Of a stretch of DNA of 64,000 nucleotides, positions 42,573 to 50,643 are shown piece by piece (position 1 is the stretch's first letter; every line of letters begins with the position of its first letter). Under the pieces are notes generated by a model. That model was not told the origin of the DNA. It saw nothing but the letters and a program-made list of their open reading frames with translations, and searched no databases. Position numbers and translations under genes: made by a program. The DNA is from a bacterium. GTDB lineage: Bacteria > Bacteroidota > Ignavibacteria > UBA10030. Where the stretch lies: positions 1 to 64,000 of the forward strand of contig JAZDJN010000098.1 of NCBI GenBank assembly GCA_043803945.1. The letters run 5' to 3'.

Positions 42573-44147
42573 ATGAAAACACTCCCTTTTTTACTCCTCA
42601 TTCCCATGCTTCTGTTTAGTCAAAGGCCAGACTGGGTAGGTTCAACAGGCAAAAGCATACGGTATCCAAATCAACTCTACCTGACAGGGTTTGGACTCTG
42701 CAAAGTTAATAAGGAGTTCGATCAGACAAAGAGTATGCAGCGTGCGTTGAGCGATGCACAAGGAAACCTCATACAAAGCATCAGAGTAAACATTCAAAGC
42801 ACCGTTGGATCGACGGTGATTGAACGGGAATCAAAAATCTCTTCCTACTTCAGTAACGCGACACAATCTTCATCGACAATGGAACTTCAAGGACTGGAGT
42901 CGGAAACCTACTACGATGATGACGACGAGGTGTCCCTTGCGCTTGCCTTTATCTCGCGAAGCAAGACTACTTCTATTTATCGTGAGAAAGAAAAGTCGAT
43001 CCAGAAAGAAATCCGGCAGCATCTCGATGCTGGAAAACGGTTTGAGGAGCAGGGTGAGAGGACGAAAGCGCTCAATGAGTACCAGGCATGCTTTCCGTTT
43101 TTCTTACAGCTCCAGGAGGCACAGGCTATTATCATGGTGGCAAGCACTGCAATTGACAAAGGGATGAATGAGCTCGAAGGTCAAGTCGAGAAGGATGAGG
43201 TAAATAAATCGACAGTCCAGGAAGCGATCGATCGTTTAAAAGCAAAACCGATCAATTCACCCGAGGATCTTGCTTGGTACCTTGCCGATGGATTACATGA
43301 GCAAAGCGATCTGAGATCAGCATCGGTACTGGTGTACCCATTTGTCTATCAAGACACAAAGATTGGAAGCCCTTTTTCCCGGTACTTCAAAAACGTTCTG
43401 GAAAGCAAGTTAGTGGAGGTGGCAAAATGGACACCCGTGCAACAGCTCGAGGTAGACAAGCCGAGGACGCGGAATATCACGCTGGAGAGCGCCAAAGCCT
43501 CCGATGCTGAATATATTGTGAAAGGATCGTACTGGATTCAGGAACGCGGCATAAAATTAATCGTCTCGCTCCTGCGTATCCAGGATGGAAAAATTGTAGG
43601 CAGTGTTGAGAAAGTCGTTAGTGATTCTACGCTTAAAAATACCGGGCAGAGCCTAATGCCGCCAAATCTTGAACAAGCTCTTGCCGATGAGAAGAAGCTC
43701 GCTCAGGGTGAAGAGGCTGGTGCGGGCTTAACTATCGATGTTTGGACGAACAGGGGAGCAGAGGATCTCGTCTTCACAAAGGGCGATAGGATGCGTGTGT
43801 TTGTGCGTGTAAATCTTCCCTGCTACATCCGCTTCATCTATCATCTCGCTGATGGAAAGCGTACGGTTCTCGAAAGAAATCACTATATCGACGAATCGAA
43901 AGTGAACAAAGAGTATCATTCGCCTCAGTGGGAATTCGAGTGCGATGAGCCCTATGGAGTCGAGCGTCTGCAGGTTTTTGCCAGCACTGAGGAGTTCTCT
44001 CCGATCGAGACAGAGTACATAAACGGTTATTACTATCTCAAAGAAGACCTTGGTGATTTTCTTCTGAAGCAACGCGGGATGAAGAAAGTGAAGAAGGGAG
44101 TGATGAATACGGAGGCTCGTTTGGCGGTGACAACAATGGAGAGGTAG
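42573..44147 (+). CDS. Exported LPP20-like + DUF4384-like domain protein
   Basis: RPDWV..YLTGFG N-terminus; C-terminal DVWT..FTKGDRMRVFVRVN.PCY..EPYGVERLQVFAS; QRGMK near the end. Confidence 0.65.
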   Translation: MKTLPFLLLIPMLLFSQRPDWVGSTGKSIRYPNQLYLTGFGLCKVNKEFDQTKSMQRALSDAQGNLIQSIRVNIQSTVGSTVIERESKISSYFSNATQSSSTMELQGLESETYYDDDDEVSLALAFISRSKTTSIYREKEKSIQKEIRQHLDAGKRFEEQGERTKALNEYQACFPFFLQLQEAQAIIMVASTAIDKGMNELEGQVEKDEVNKSTVQEAIDRLKAKPINSPEDLAWYLADGLHEQSDLRSASVLVYPFVYQDTKIGSPFSRYFKNVLESKLVEVAKWTPVQQLEVDKPRTRNITLESAKASDAEYIVKGSYWIQERGIKLIVSLLRIQDGKIVGSVEKVVSDSTLKNTGQSLMPPNLEQALADEKKLAQGEEAGAGLTIDVWTNRGAEDLVFTKGDRMRVFVRVNLPCYIRFIYHLADGKRTVLERNHYIDESKVNKEYHSPQWEFECDEPYGVERLQVFASTEEFSPIETEYINGYYYLKEDLGDFLLKQRGMKKVKKGVMNTEARLAVTTMER

Positions 44148-44177
44148 GATTGTAAGAGTGTGAGAGTGTAAGAGTGT

Positions 44178-44242
44178 ATGAGAGTAAGATCCCCTGAGCG
44201 AGCCAGTCATTGGGCGAGTCGAAGGGGAGGGGGAGAATGGGA
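44178..44242 (+). repeat. REP-like element CCCCTGAGCGAG...GAGTCGAAGGGG within purine-rich short repeats
   Basis: Near-identical to two tandem copies at 53797-53925. Confidence 0.85.
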
Positions 44243-44550
44243 GACGGGGTGAGTGGAAGTAAGAAGTATTAGAGTAGAAAGTAGGAAGTATCTAGATTGC
44301 AGGTGGGAGAATGCAGATAGCAGGCGGAAGATTGACGATTGGAAGTAACCAGGGAATTTGAATATTCCCGAAACGTCCATCTCTATTCACAGAATCGAGA
44401 TGAGACATCGACCTGTTATATAAAACAGATTTTGTTCAAGCTATCAACTATCTCCCCCTTTCCACGGATTCAGATTGAAAAGGGGGAGAGAAGAAGTGGA
44501 TCTCTAAGGAACGCAACGGAAAAAGTGAAATGGGGAAAAAAGAAAAGCTC

Positions 44551-44862
44551 TGACTCAATCCCCCAATCGGGGTTGTCTCAAAAGAAAAAACATAGGGCGT
44601 CACGAACCACTTCGTGACGCAAAATGCGGATTACATTCAGATTTCATGTGTCACGGTGTGCCTGCCCCGTGTTTTTTGCGGGGGACCGTGACACCCTTGG
44701 CGTACTTTTTAGTTACCCCCATATATTGGAATGGTCGGTATGATAGTCTCATCCCACTGTAATAAATCAAAGACTATACTCCCCTTCTCTTGACAAAGAG
44801 AAGGGGTGAGCCTGCCCCGCCATTTATCGATCTTAAAATAGAAAGGCGGGGGGATGAGTCAG
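44551..44862. mobile_element. Nested palindromic element A (TGACTCA...TGAGTCA shell with MITE-like insert)
   Basis: Outer IR ctgactcaatccccc / gggggatgagtcag; inner IR gggttgtctcaaaag / ctttttagttacccc; hairpin ccccttctc...gagaagggg. Confidence 0.7.
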
Positions 44863-44954
44863 AAAAAAAGAAAGCCACCCATCCCCAACTCTCAAGCTGC
44901 GGGAATTTAGCATACAACTATGATAGGCTTTCGACTATAAAAGGAGAAAGTAAT

Positions 44955-46406
44955 ATGAAAATTACTGCTCTGGCATTTTTGATTCTTATAATCATTTATG
45001 CTCATTGCTTTGCTCAACAGAGAGGGATGAAATCCTTTCAGGAGAATAATTCTGAGCAGCGCATTGCTCTTGTTATTGGCAACGGTAGTTACCGCGAGGC
45101 GCCGCTTGTAAATCCCCCCAATGATGCTCGTGCGATAAGCAGTACTCTTCGTACGCTTGGATTCACCGTGATCGAAAAGCTCAATGTAAATCAGGAGCAG
45201 ATGGAAACCGCCATTGGTGATTTTGGTAACCGGCTTAGAAGGGGTGGTGTCGGGTTGTTTTACTACGCGGGTCACGGCGTGCAGGTTAACGGCCAAAACT
45301 TTCTCATCCCGATTGGCGCTGCAATAAACAAAGAGACCGAGGTGAAGTATAAGGCGGTTGATGCGGGACTTGTGCTTGCGCAGATGGAGGATGCAAGGAA
45401 CAGGCTAAACATTGTTATTCTCGATGCCTGCAGAGATAATCCTTTCTCCAGAAGCTGGAGGTCTTCCACGCGTGGTTTGGTAAGCGTTGATGCGCCAAAG
45501 GGGACAATCATTTCGTACGCAACTGCACCCGGCAAAGTAGCGAGCGACGGTGATAGAGGCAATGGACTCTATACGGAGCGGCTGCTTTATTATATCAAGC
45601 AACCCGGATTGGCAATTGAGGAGGTCTTTAAAAATGTTCGGCGCGACGTGCAGAGACGGACAAACGAAGCTCAAACACCGTGGGAACAATCATCGCTCAC
45701 GGGAGATTTTTATTTTGTTGCCGGTACCGGTGAGGCTCCGAAAAAACAGCAAGAAATTGTCTCAGAACCTGAGAAGATAACTGCGACTCCCGATTTTGGT
45801 GTCGATATGGTGTATGTAGATGGTGGTACATTTACAATGGGGAGTAACGATTATGATGATGAAAAACCACCTCATCAAGTTACTGTGCGAAACTTTTCCA
45901 TTGATAAATATGAAGTGACCGTTGCGAAGTTTAAGCAGTATTGTCAAGCGACTAACCGATCAATGCCCGCAGCTCCATCGTGGGGTTGGAACGATAATGA
46001 TCCTGTTGTGAATGTAAGTTGGGAAGATGCAAATGCCTACGCAAAGTGGGCGGGGAAAAGATTGCCAACTGAAGCGGAGTGGGAATATGCGGCAAGAGGA
46101 GGCAACAAGAGCCGTGGATTTAAATATGCCGGAAGTGATGATGAGAATACTGTTGCTTGGAATACGAATAATTCTGGTAGCAAAGTACATCCTGTTGGCG
46201 GCAAGTATCCAAATGAACTCGGCATCTATGATCTTAGCGGTAATGTATGGGAGTGGTGCAGTGATTGGTATGTATCATATCCTTCTGGTTCACAAACGAA
46301 TCCAACAGGTTCCATTAGTGGCCAGAACCGTGTGTTGCGGGGCGGTTCGTGGAACGGCGATTCGAGCGTCCTCCGGGCGGCGAATCGCGTCGGGAGCACA
46401 CCCTGA
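44955..46406 (+). CDS. DGR target 1: signal peptide + caspase-like C14 peptidase + FGE-sulfatase/CLec domain; truncated in VR (intact end would be 46455)
   Basis: AAGGAG RBS; YYAGHG / LDACR dyad; RLPTEAEWEYAARGG, GNVWEW, RVLRGGSW; TGA 46404-46406; GFRCSLDIK* continues in a shifted frame. Confidence 0.92.
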   Translation: MKITALAFLILIIIYAHCFAQQRGMKSFQENNSEQRIALVIGNGSYREAPLVNPPNDARAISSTLRTLGFTVIEKLNVNQEQMETAIGDFGNRLRRGGVGLFYYAGHGVQVNGQNFLIPIGAAINKETEVKYKAVDAGLVLAQMEDARNRLNIVILDACRDNPFSRSWRSSTRGLVSVDAPKGTIISYATAPGKVASDGDRGNGLYTERLLYYIKQPGLAIEEVFKNVRRDVQRRTNEAQTPWEQSSLTGDFYFVAGTGEAPKKQQEIVSEPEKITATPDFGVDMVYVDGGTFTMGSNDYDDEKPPHQVTVRNFSIDKYEVTVAKFKQYCQATNRSMPAAPSWGWNDNDPVVNVSWEDANAYAKWAGKRLPTEAEWEYAARGGNKSRGFKYAGSDDENTVAWNTNNSGSKVHPVGGKYPNELGIYDLSGNVWEWCSDWYVSYPSGSQTNPTGSISGQNRVLRGGSWNGDSSVLRAANRVGSTP

Positions 46407-46444
46407 TACCGGACTCTACTATAACGGTTTTCGATGTTCCCTGG
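46323..46444 (+). repeat. DGR variable repeat VR1
   Basis: Aligns to TR 47883-48003: about 22 substitutions at TR adenines, 1 non-A change, 1-nt insertion. Confidence 0.95.
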
Positions 46445-46496
46445 ACATTAAGTAACACTTTTTGCTGTTAGCCTTTTACACTTGGGTCGAATAAAA

Positions 46497-46838
46497 ATGG
46501 CTGAAAAAGAGGATGTACTTACCAAGACGTACGATCTGCTTTTATACCTTATCCCTCAGCTTGAGAAGTTTCCAAGAGCCCAGAAATTTCTACTTGCTGA
46601 TCGAATCGAGTTGAAAGTCCTCGATATTTTAGAACGGTTACTTGAGGCATACTATTCCCCTCCAGATGCTAAGATGGTACCATTAAAGAAAGCAAATATC
46701 GAGATTGAGCAATTTCGCTACCTTGTTAGGTTGAGTCATGACCTGGGTTTCTTGAGTCATCAAAAATATGGTATCCTCAGCGAAAAGATTAACGAAGTCG
46801 GAAGAATGGTTGGAGGTTGGATCAAGTCGCTCAAATGA
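46497..46838 (+). CDS. avd: DGR accessory variability determinant (four-helix bundle)
   Basis: 113 aa, KTYDLLLYL..KFPR.QKF.LADRI ... EVGRMVGGWIK; directly upstream of RT. Confidence 0.93.
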   Translation: MAEKEDVLTKTYDLLLYLIPQLEKFPRAQKFLLADRIELKVLDILERLLEAYYSPPDAKMVPLKKANIEIEQFRYLVRLSHDLGFLSHQKYGILSEKINEVGRMVGGWIKSLK

Positions 46839-47983
46839 AAACTCATAAGAACTTGTATATGAAACTTTGTTCGTTTGAGAATTTACTTCTTGCCTCAAGG
46901 AAAGCGAGACTCGGTAAGCGAATGAATACCGATGTCGCTCGATTCGAGATCAACCTCGAACATGAGCTTGTGAATCTTGCAAAGGATCTCCAGGATCAAT
47001 CATATCGACCTGGAGAATACCGTGAGTTTATCATCTCTGAGCCAAAGAAGCGCATGATCAGTGCCGCGCCTTATCGAGATCGAGTGCTTCATCATGCCCT
47101 ATGCAATGTCATTGAGCCAATCTTTGAGCGCACATTTATCTCAGATAGTTATGCTAACCGTAAAGGTAAAGGGACACACAAGGCAATTCTGCGGTACTTG
47201 CAATTCGCCCAACACAACACGTATGCCCTGAAATGCGATATACAGAAGTTCTTCCCAAGCATCGACCATCAACTATTAAAGCAGAACATTCGAAAGAAAG
47301 TAGCTTGCAAGAAAACAATCTGGCTTATTGATACTGTTATCGATCACAGCAACAGGCAAGAAGCTGTCTTGAATTATTATTCTGGTGACTCGCTGTTTAC
47401 GCCATTCGAGCGTCGGAAAGGTTTGCCAATTGGGAACCTGACAAGTCAATTCTTTGCCAATGTCTATCTGAATCCACTGGATCATTTTATTAAGGAAGTA
47501 CTGCAGTGCAAGCATTATATTCGGTATGTCGATGATTTTGTACTCTTCAGTGAAGAGAAACAGCAGCTTCAGCGGTGGAAAGAAGAGATAGAGTCATGGT
47601 TGGAATCACTGCGGCTAACGCTTCATCCAAAGAAGACGAGAGTGTTGCCTGTGAATGTTGGACTTTCATTCCTTGGGCATCGAGTTTTCCCGGAATTTCT
47701 TTTGCTCAACAAGGATAATGTGCTCCGGTTTAAGAGGCGATTGAAGAAGATGAGCGCTGGGCTTGTTTCAGGAAATGTTACCATGGAGCATCATCGATCT
47801 TCGATTGCTAGCTGGGAGGGGCATGCAAAGTTTTCAAATACCTATCGTCTTCGAAAAAAGATTTTTAGGGATGGATCCGAATCAGAACCGTGTGTTGCGG
47901 GGCGGTTCGTGGAACAACAAAACGAACAACCTCCGGACAACGAATCGCAACAGGAACACACCCGAAAACCGAAACAACAATAA
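46835..47983 (+). CDS. DGR reverse transcriptase
   Basis: EPKKR.I.A..YRDRVLHH, KCDIQKFF, GLPIGNLTSQFFANVYL, RYVDDF, FLG; ATGA overlap with the avd stop. Confidence 0.97.
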   Translation: MKTHKNLYMKLCSFENLLLASRKARLGKRMNTDVARFEINLEHELVNLAKDLQDQSYRPGEYREFIISEPKKRMISAAPYRDRVLHHALCNVIEPIFERTFISDSYANRKGKGTHKAILRYLQFAQHNTYALKCDIQKFFPSIDHQLLKQNIRKKVACKKTIWLIDTVIDHSNRQEAVLNYYSGDSLFTPFERRKGLPIGNLTSQFFANVYLNPLDHFIKEVLQCKHYIRYVDDFVLFSEEKQQLQRWKEEIESWLESLRLTLHPKKTRVLPVNVGLSFLGHRVFPEFLLLNKDNVLRFKRRLKKMSAGLVSGNVTMEHHRSSIASWEGHAKFSNTYRLRKKIFRDGSESEPCVAGRFVEQQNEQPPDNESQQEHTRKPKQQ

Positions 47984-48003
47984 CGGTTTTCGATGTTCCC
48001 AGG
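47883..48003 (+). repeat. DGR template repeat (TR), overlapping the 3' end of the RT ORF
   Basis: AAC-rich (about 42 A), reads RVLRGGSWNNKTNNLRTTNRNRNTPENRNNNNGFRCSQ; template for VR1 and VR2. Confidence 0.96.
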
Positions 48004-48165
48004 TCTTTCATCAAGCTGTTGCCAGAGCCTTCCTGTCGATCGACAAGAAGGGAGTGCAGCGGAAAGTCCAGGATCTGTTCCCGTGTTGGTGCAGTCAGCC
48101 AACCGAACACAAAGACCAATTCCGGCGCGGTTGGTAGCTTCGGCGAAGACCGTGCCGGAATGTGG
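48004..48165 (+). ncRNA. Putative structured spacer of the DGR RNA, 3' of TR
   Basis: Non-coding gap after TR with hairpin attccggcgcggt...accgtgccggaat (48119-48161); role inferred from the Bordetella DGR spacer. Confidence 0.5.
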
Positions 48166-48193
48166 ACACTAACAGGATAATCATAGGATTGGA

Positions 48194-50071
48194 ATGATAA
48201 TGAAATCACTTTGCTATAGTATTCTGGCGAGCATTCTTCTCTTCGGTAATCTCCACGCTCAAACCGGCAGGGGTATGAAACCGATCTCCATACAAGATGC
48301 TACCGGTAAAGAAGTAGCAATCTACTCCGGCAGTTTTGCCCTTATTATTGGCATGAGTAATTACAGCCAGGGGTGGCCAAGTCTACCCGGGGTTCAGCGG
48401 GATGCTCAGGCAGTCCGCTCAACTCTCGAAACTCAGGGGTTCCGTGTAGAGGTGAAAATGGATCTGGATAAAGCATCTCTCGATAAAGTAATTTCTGATT
48501 TTATCGCCCGGTATGGAGGCGAGCCGGATCATCGCTTACTCTTCTATTTTGCCGGTCACGGATATACTGTGAAATCCAGCTACGGTGATGAACTCGGATA
48601 TTTTGTACCTGTCGATGCACCCCTCCCACGGAAAGATGTTGGGGCCTTTCAGAGCAAAGCGATGGAGATGGCACAAGTAGAGATCTATGCAAAGCGTATT
48701 CAGTCGAAGCATGCTTTCTTTATGTTCGATGCTTGCTTCTCGGGGTCGCTTTTTGATATTTCTCGCGCTGTTCCCGAGGTCATTTCCTATAAGACATCAC
48801 AGCCGGTTCGGCAGTTTATCACTTCAGGCACTGCTGAAGAAACGGTGCCCGATGTGAGTATTTTCCGATCGCAGTTTGAGCGTGCATTGAAAGGTGAGGC
48901 AGATACGGATAAGGACGGTTACGTAACGGGAACGGAACTAGGGGAGTTTCTCCAAAAAACAGTCATCAATTATTCCCGCAGCAGTCAGCATCCGCGATAT
49001 GGAAAAATCCGCAATCCTAATTTGGACAAAGGAGATTTTGTTTTTACACTGGGAAGTACATCTGAGGCATCACCCTCTCCGACAAAGCTTCCAGACAAAA
49101 CAGATTTTTCCATTGAGAAAGAGAAACGAGAGGCAGAAACTGAGCGCACGGCACGCGATGCATGGGCAAAGAATCTGAAAGAGATGGAGGGAAAATATAA
49201 TGAAGTCATCGAATTAGAAAAGACCGATATCTCCGCGCAGCGTAAAGCAGAGGTGTGGAAGAGGTTCCAGCAGGCGTATGCAGATAATAATCCATATAGC
49301 ACACGTGATGATGAGCTTCGAACCAAGGCGGGAGAGAAAGTATCCTTCTGGAATAGAGATGCAAATAAGCCAGCCGAAAAGAAAGCTGCTAAAAAAGAAA
49401 TATCTTCTCCCGACTTTGGAGCAGATATGGTGTATGTTGATGGTGGTACGTTTACAATGGGGAGTAACGATTATGATGATGAAAAACCACCGCATCAGGT
49501 AACTGTGCGAAACTTTTACATTGATAAATATGAAGTGACTGTTGCGAAGTTTAAGCAATTTGTGGATGCAACAGGCTATAAGACCGACGCAGAAAATGGA
49601 GATGGCAGTTATAAATGGACAGGGTCAACCTATGAGAAGAAAGCGGGTGTTGATTGGCGCTGTGATGAGCAAGGCAATAGAAGATCCGAAAGTCAGTATA
49701 ACCATCCGGTCATTCATGTGAGTTGGAACGATGCCAATGCTTATGCAAGGTGGGCGGGGAAAAGATTGCCAACAGAAGCAGAGTGGGAATTTGCGGCAAG
49801 AGGAGGCACCAAGAGTCGTGGATTTAAATATGCCGGAAGTGATGATGAGAATAGTGTTGCTTGGAATACAAGTAATTCTGGTGGCAAAGTACATCCTGTT
49901 GGCGACAAGTATCCAAATGAACTTGGTATCTATGATATGAGCGGTAATGTATGGGAGTGGTGTGCTGATTGGTACGATGCAACTTATTATAGCAACAGCC
50001 CTGAGATGAATCCAACTGGCCCAACAAGTGGTACTCTCCGTGTGTTGCGGGGCGGTTCGTGGGGCTCCTAA
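48194..50071 (+). CDS. DGR target 2: signal peptide + caspase-like C14 peptidase + helical linker + FGE-sulfatase/CLec domain; premature stop in VR (intact end would be 50165)
   Basis: YFAGHG / FDACF dyad; RLPTEAEWEFAARGG; TAA 50069-50071 at the TR AAA codon; extra G at 50135-50137. Confidence 0.92.
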   Translation: MIMKSLCYSILASILLFGNLHAQTGRGMKPISIQDATGKEVAIYSGSFALIIGMSNYSQGWPSLPGVQRDAQAVRSTLETQGFRVEVKMDLDKASLDKVISDFIARYGGEPDHRLLFYFAGHGYTVKSSYGDELGYFVPVDAPLPRKDVGAFQSKAMEMAQVEIYAKRIQSKHAFFMFDACFSGSLFDISRAVPEVISYKTSQPVRQFITSGTAEETVPDVSIFRSQFERALKGEADTDKDGYVTGTELGEFLQKTVINYSRSSQHPRYGKIRNPNLDKGDFVFTLGSTSEASPSPTKLPDKTDFSIEKEKREAETERTARDAWAKNLKEMEGKYNEVIELEKTDISAQRKAEVWKRFQQAYADNNPYSTRDDELRTKAGEKVSFWNRDANKPAEKKAAKKEISSPDFGADMVYVDGGTFTMGSNDYDDEKPPHQVTVRNFYIDKYEVTVAKFKQFVDATGYKTDAENGDGSYKWTGSTYEKKAGVDWRCDEQGNRRSESQYNHPVIHVSWNDANAYARWAGKRLPTEAEWEFAARGGTKSRGFKYAGSDDENSVAWNTSNSGGKVHPVGDKYPNELGIYDMSGNVWEWCADWYDATYYSNSPEMNPTGPTSGTLRVLRGGSWGS

Positions 50072-50154
50072 GCGGGCTACCTCCGGACCTCGAATCGCGG
50101 CAGGATCACACCCGGGTACCGGGACGGCAGTTACGGGTTTTCGCTGTTCCCTGG
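50036..50154 (+). repeat. DGR variable repeat VR2
   Basis: About 27 substitutions vs TR, all at TR adenines, plus one G insertion. Confidence 0.96.
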
Positions 50155-50243
50155 ACTTTAGATAGCGCTTTTTCCTTTTAGCCTTTTACACTTGGGGGGG
50201 ATTGTGCGGGGAAATTTTTTTGGGGATGGTAGATGGGAATAGT

Positions 50244-50448
50244 TGACTCAACCCCCCTGGCCGGGGCCGTCCAAAAAGAAAAGAACTGTCACACCGGAAT
50301 GTGCCGCTTTACGGCATCTCGTACTGCGGGACTTCAATCCGGTGTCCAGTGCCTTATTTAAGCATTTTTCTTGATTCCGGTTAGAAGATTACCGGAATGA
50401 CAGTGCACTAGTTTTCTTTTTAGACAGCCCCCGGGGGGGATGAGTCAG
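50244..50448. mobile_element. Nested palindromic element B
   Basis: tgactcaacccccc ... ggggccgtccaaaaag [ctgtcacaccggaa...ccggaatgacag] ctttttagacagcccc ... gggggatgagtcag. Confidence 0.75.
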
Positions 50449-50643
50449 ATAAAACCAATGCCATTAAGCGTCGAACCGTTCCTTACGCTATAGTCCTCAA
50501 GAGAGAGGGAACGGTTCGGTCAAAAGATCTTTCAGAAGGCTGAGGTGTATTTATCTGGATGAACATGCCCGGACCTTCTTACCTCGCTGAAGAAAGACAG
50601 GTTATGGAATGAGAAGTTAAGAGAATACATTTAGAGGCCCCAT

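Noticed and set aside
44790-44954. N-terminal extension of target 1 in the ORF track (likewise 53859-54026 for the HD gene)
   Set aside because: Translated from repeat elements. For target 1 the RBS and signal peptide support ATG 44955; for the HD gene the domain start supports ATG 54027.
46404-46406. TGA in target 1 as selenocysteine or alternative genetic code
   Set aside because: Read-through would remain out of frame with GFRC and hit TAA; TGA is an ordinary stop elsewhere in the window.
46835-47983. RT as a group II intron or retron RT
   Set aside because: Short RT with LTSQ motif, adjacent avd and TR/VR pairs; no maturase/endonuclease domain or msr-msd evident.
47763-48137. ORF containing RVLRGGSWNNK... 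as a protein gene
   Set aside because: It is the TR read in the target frame and overlaps RT; Asn-rich template rather than a gene.
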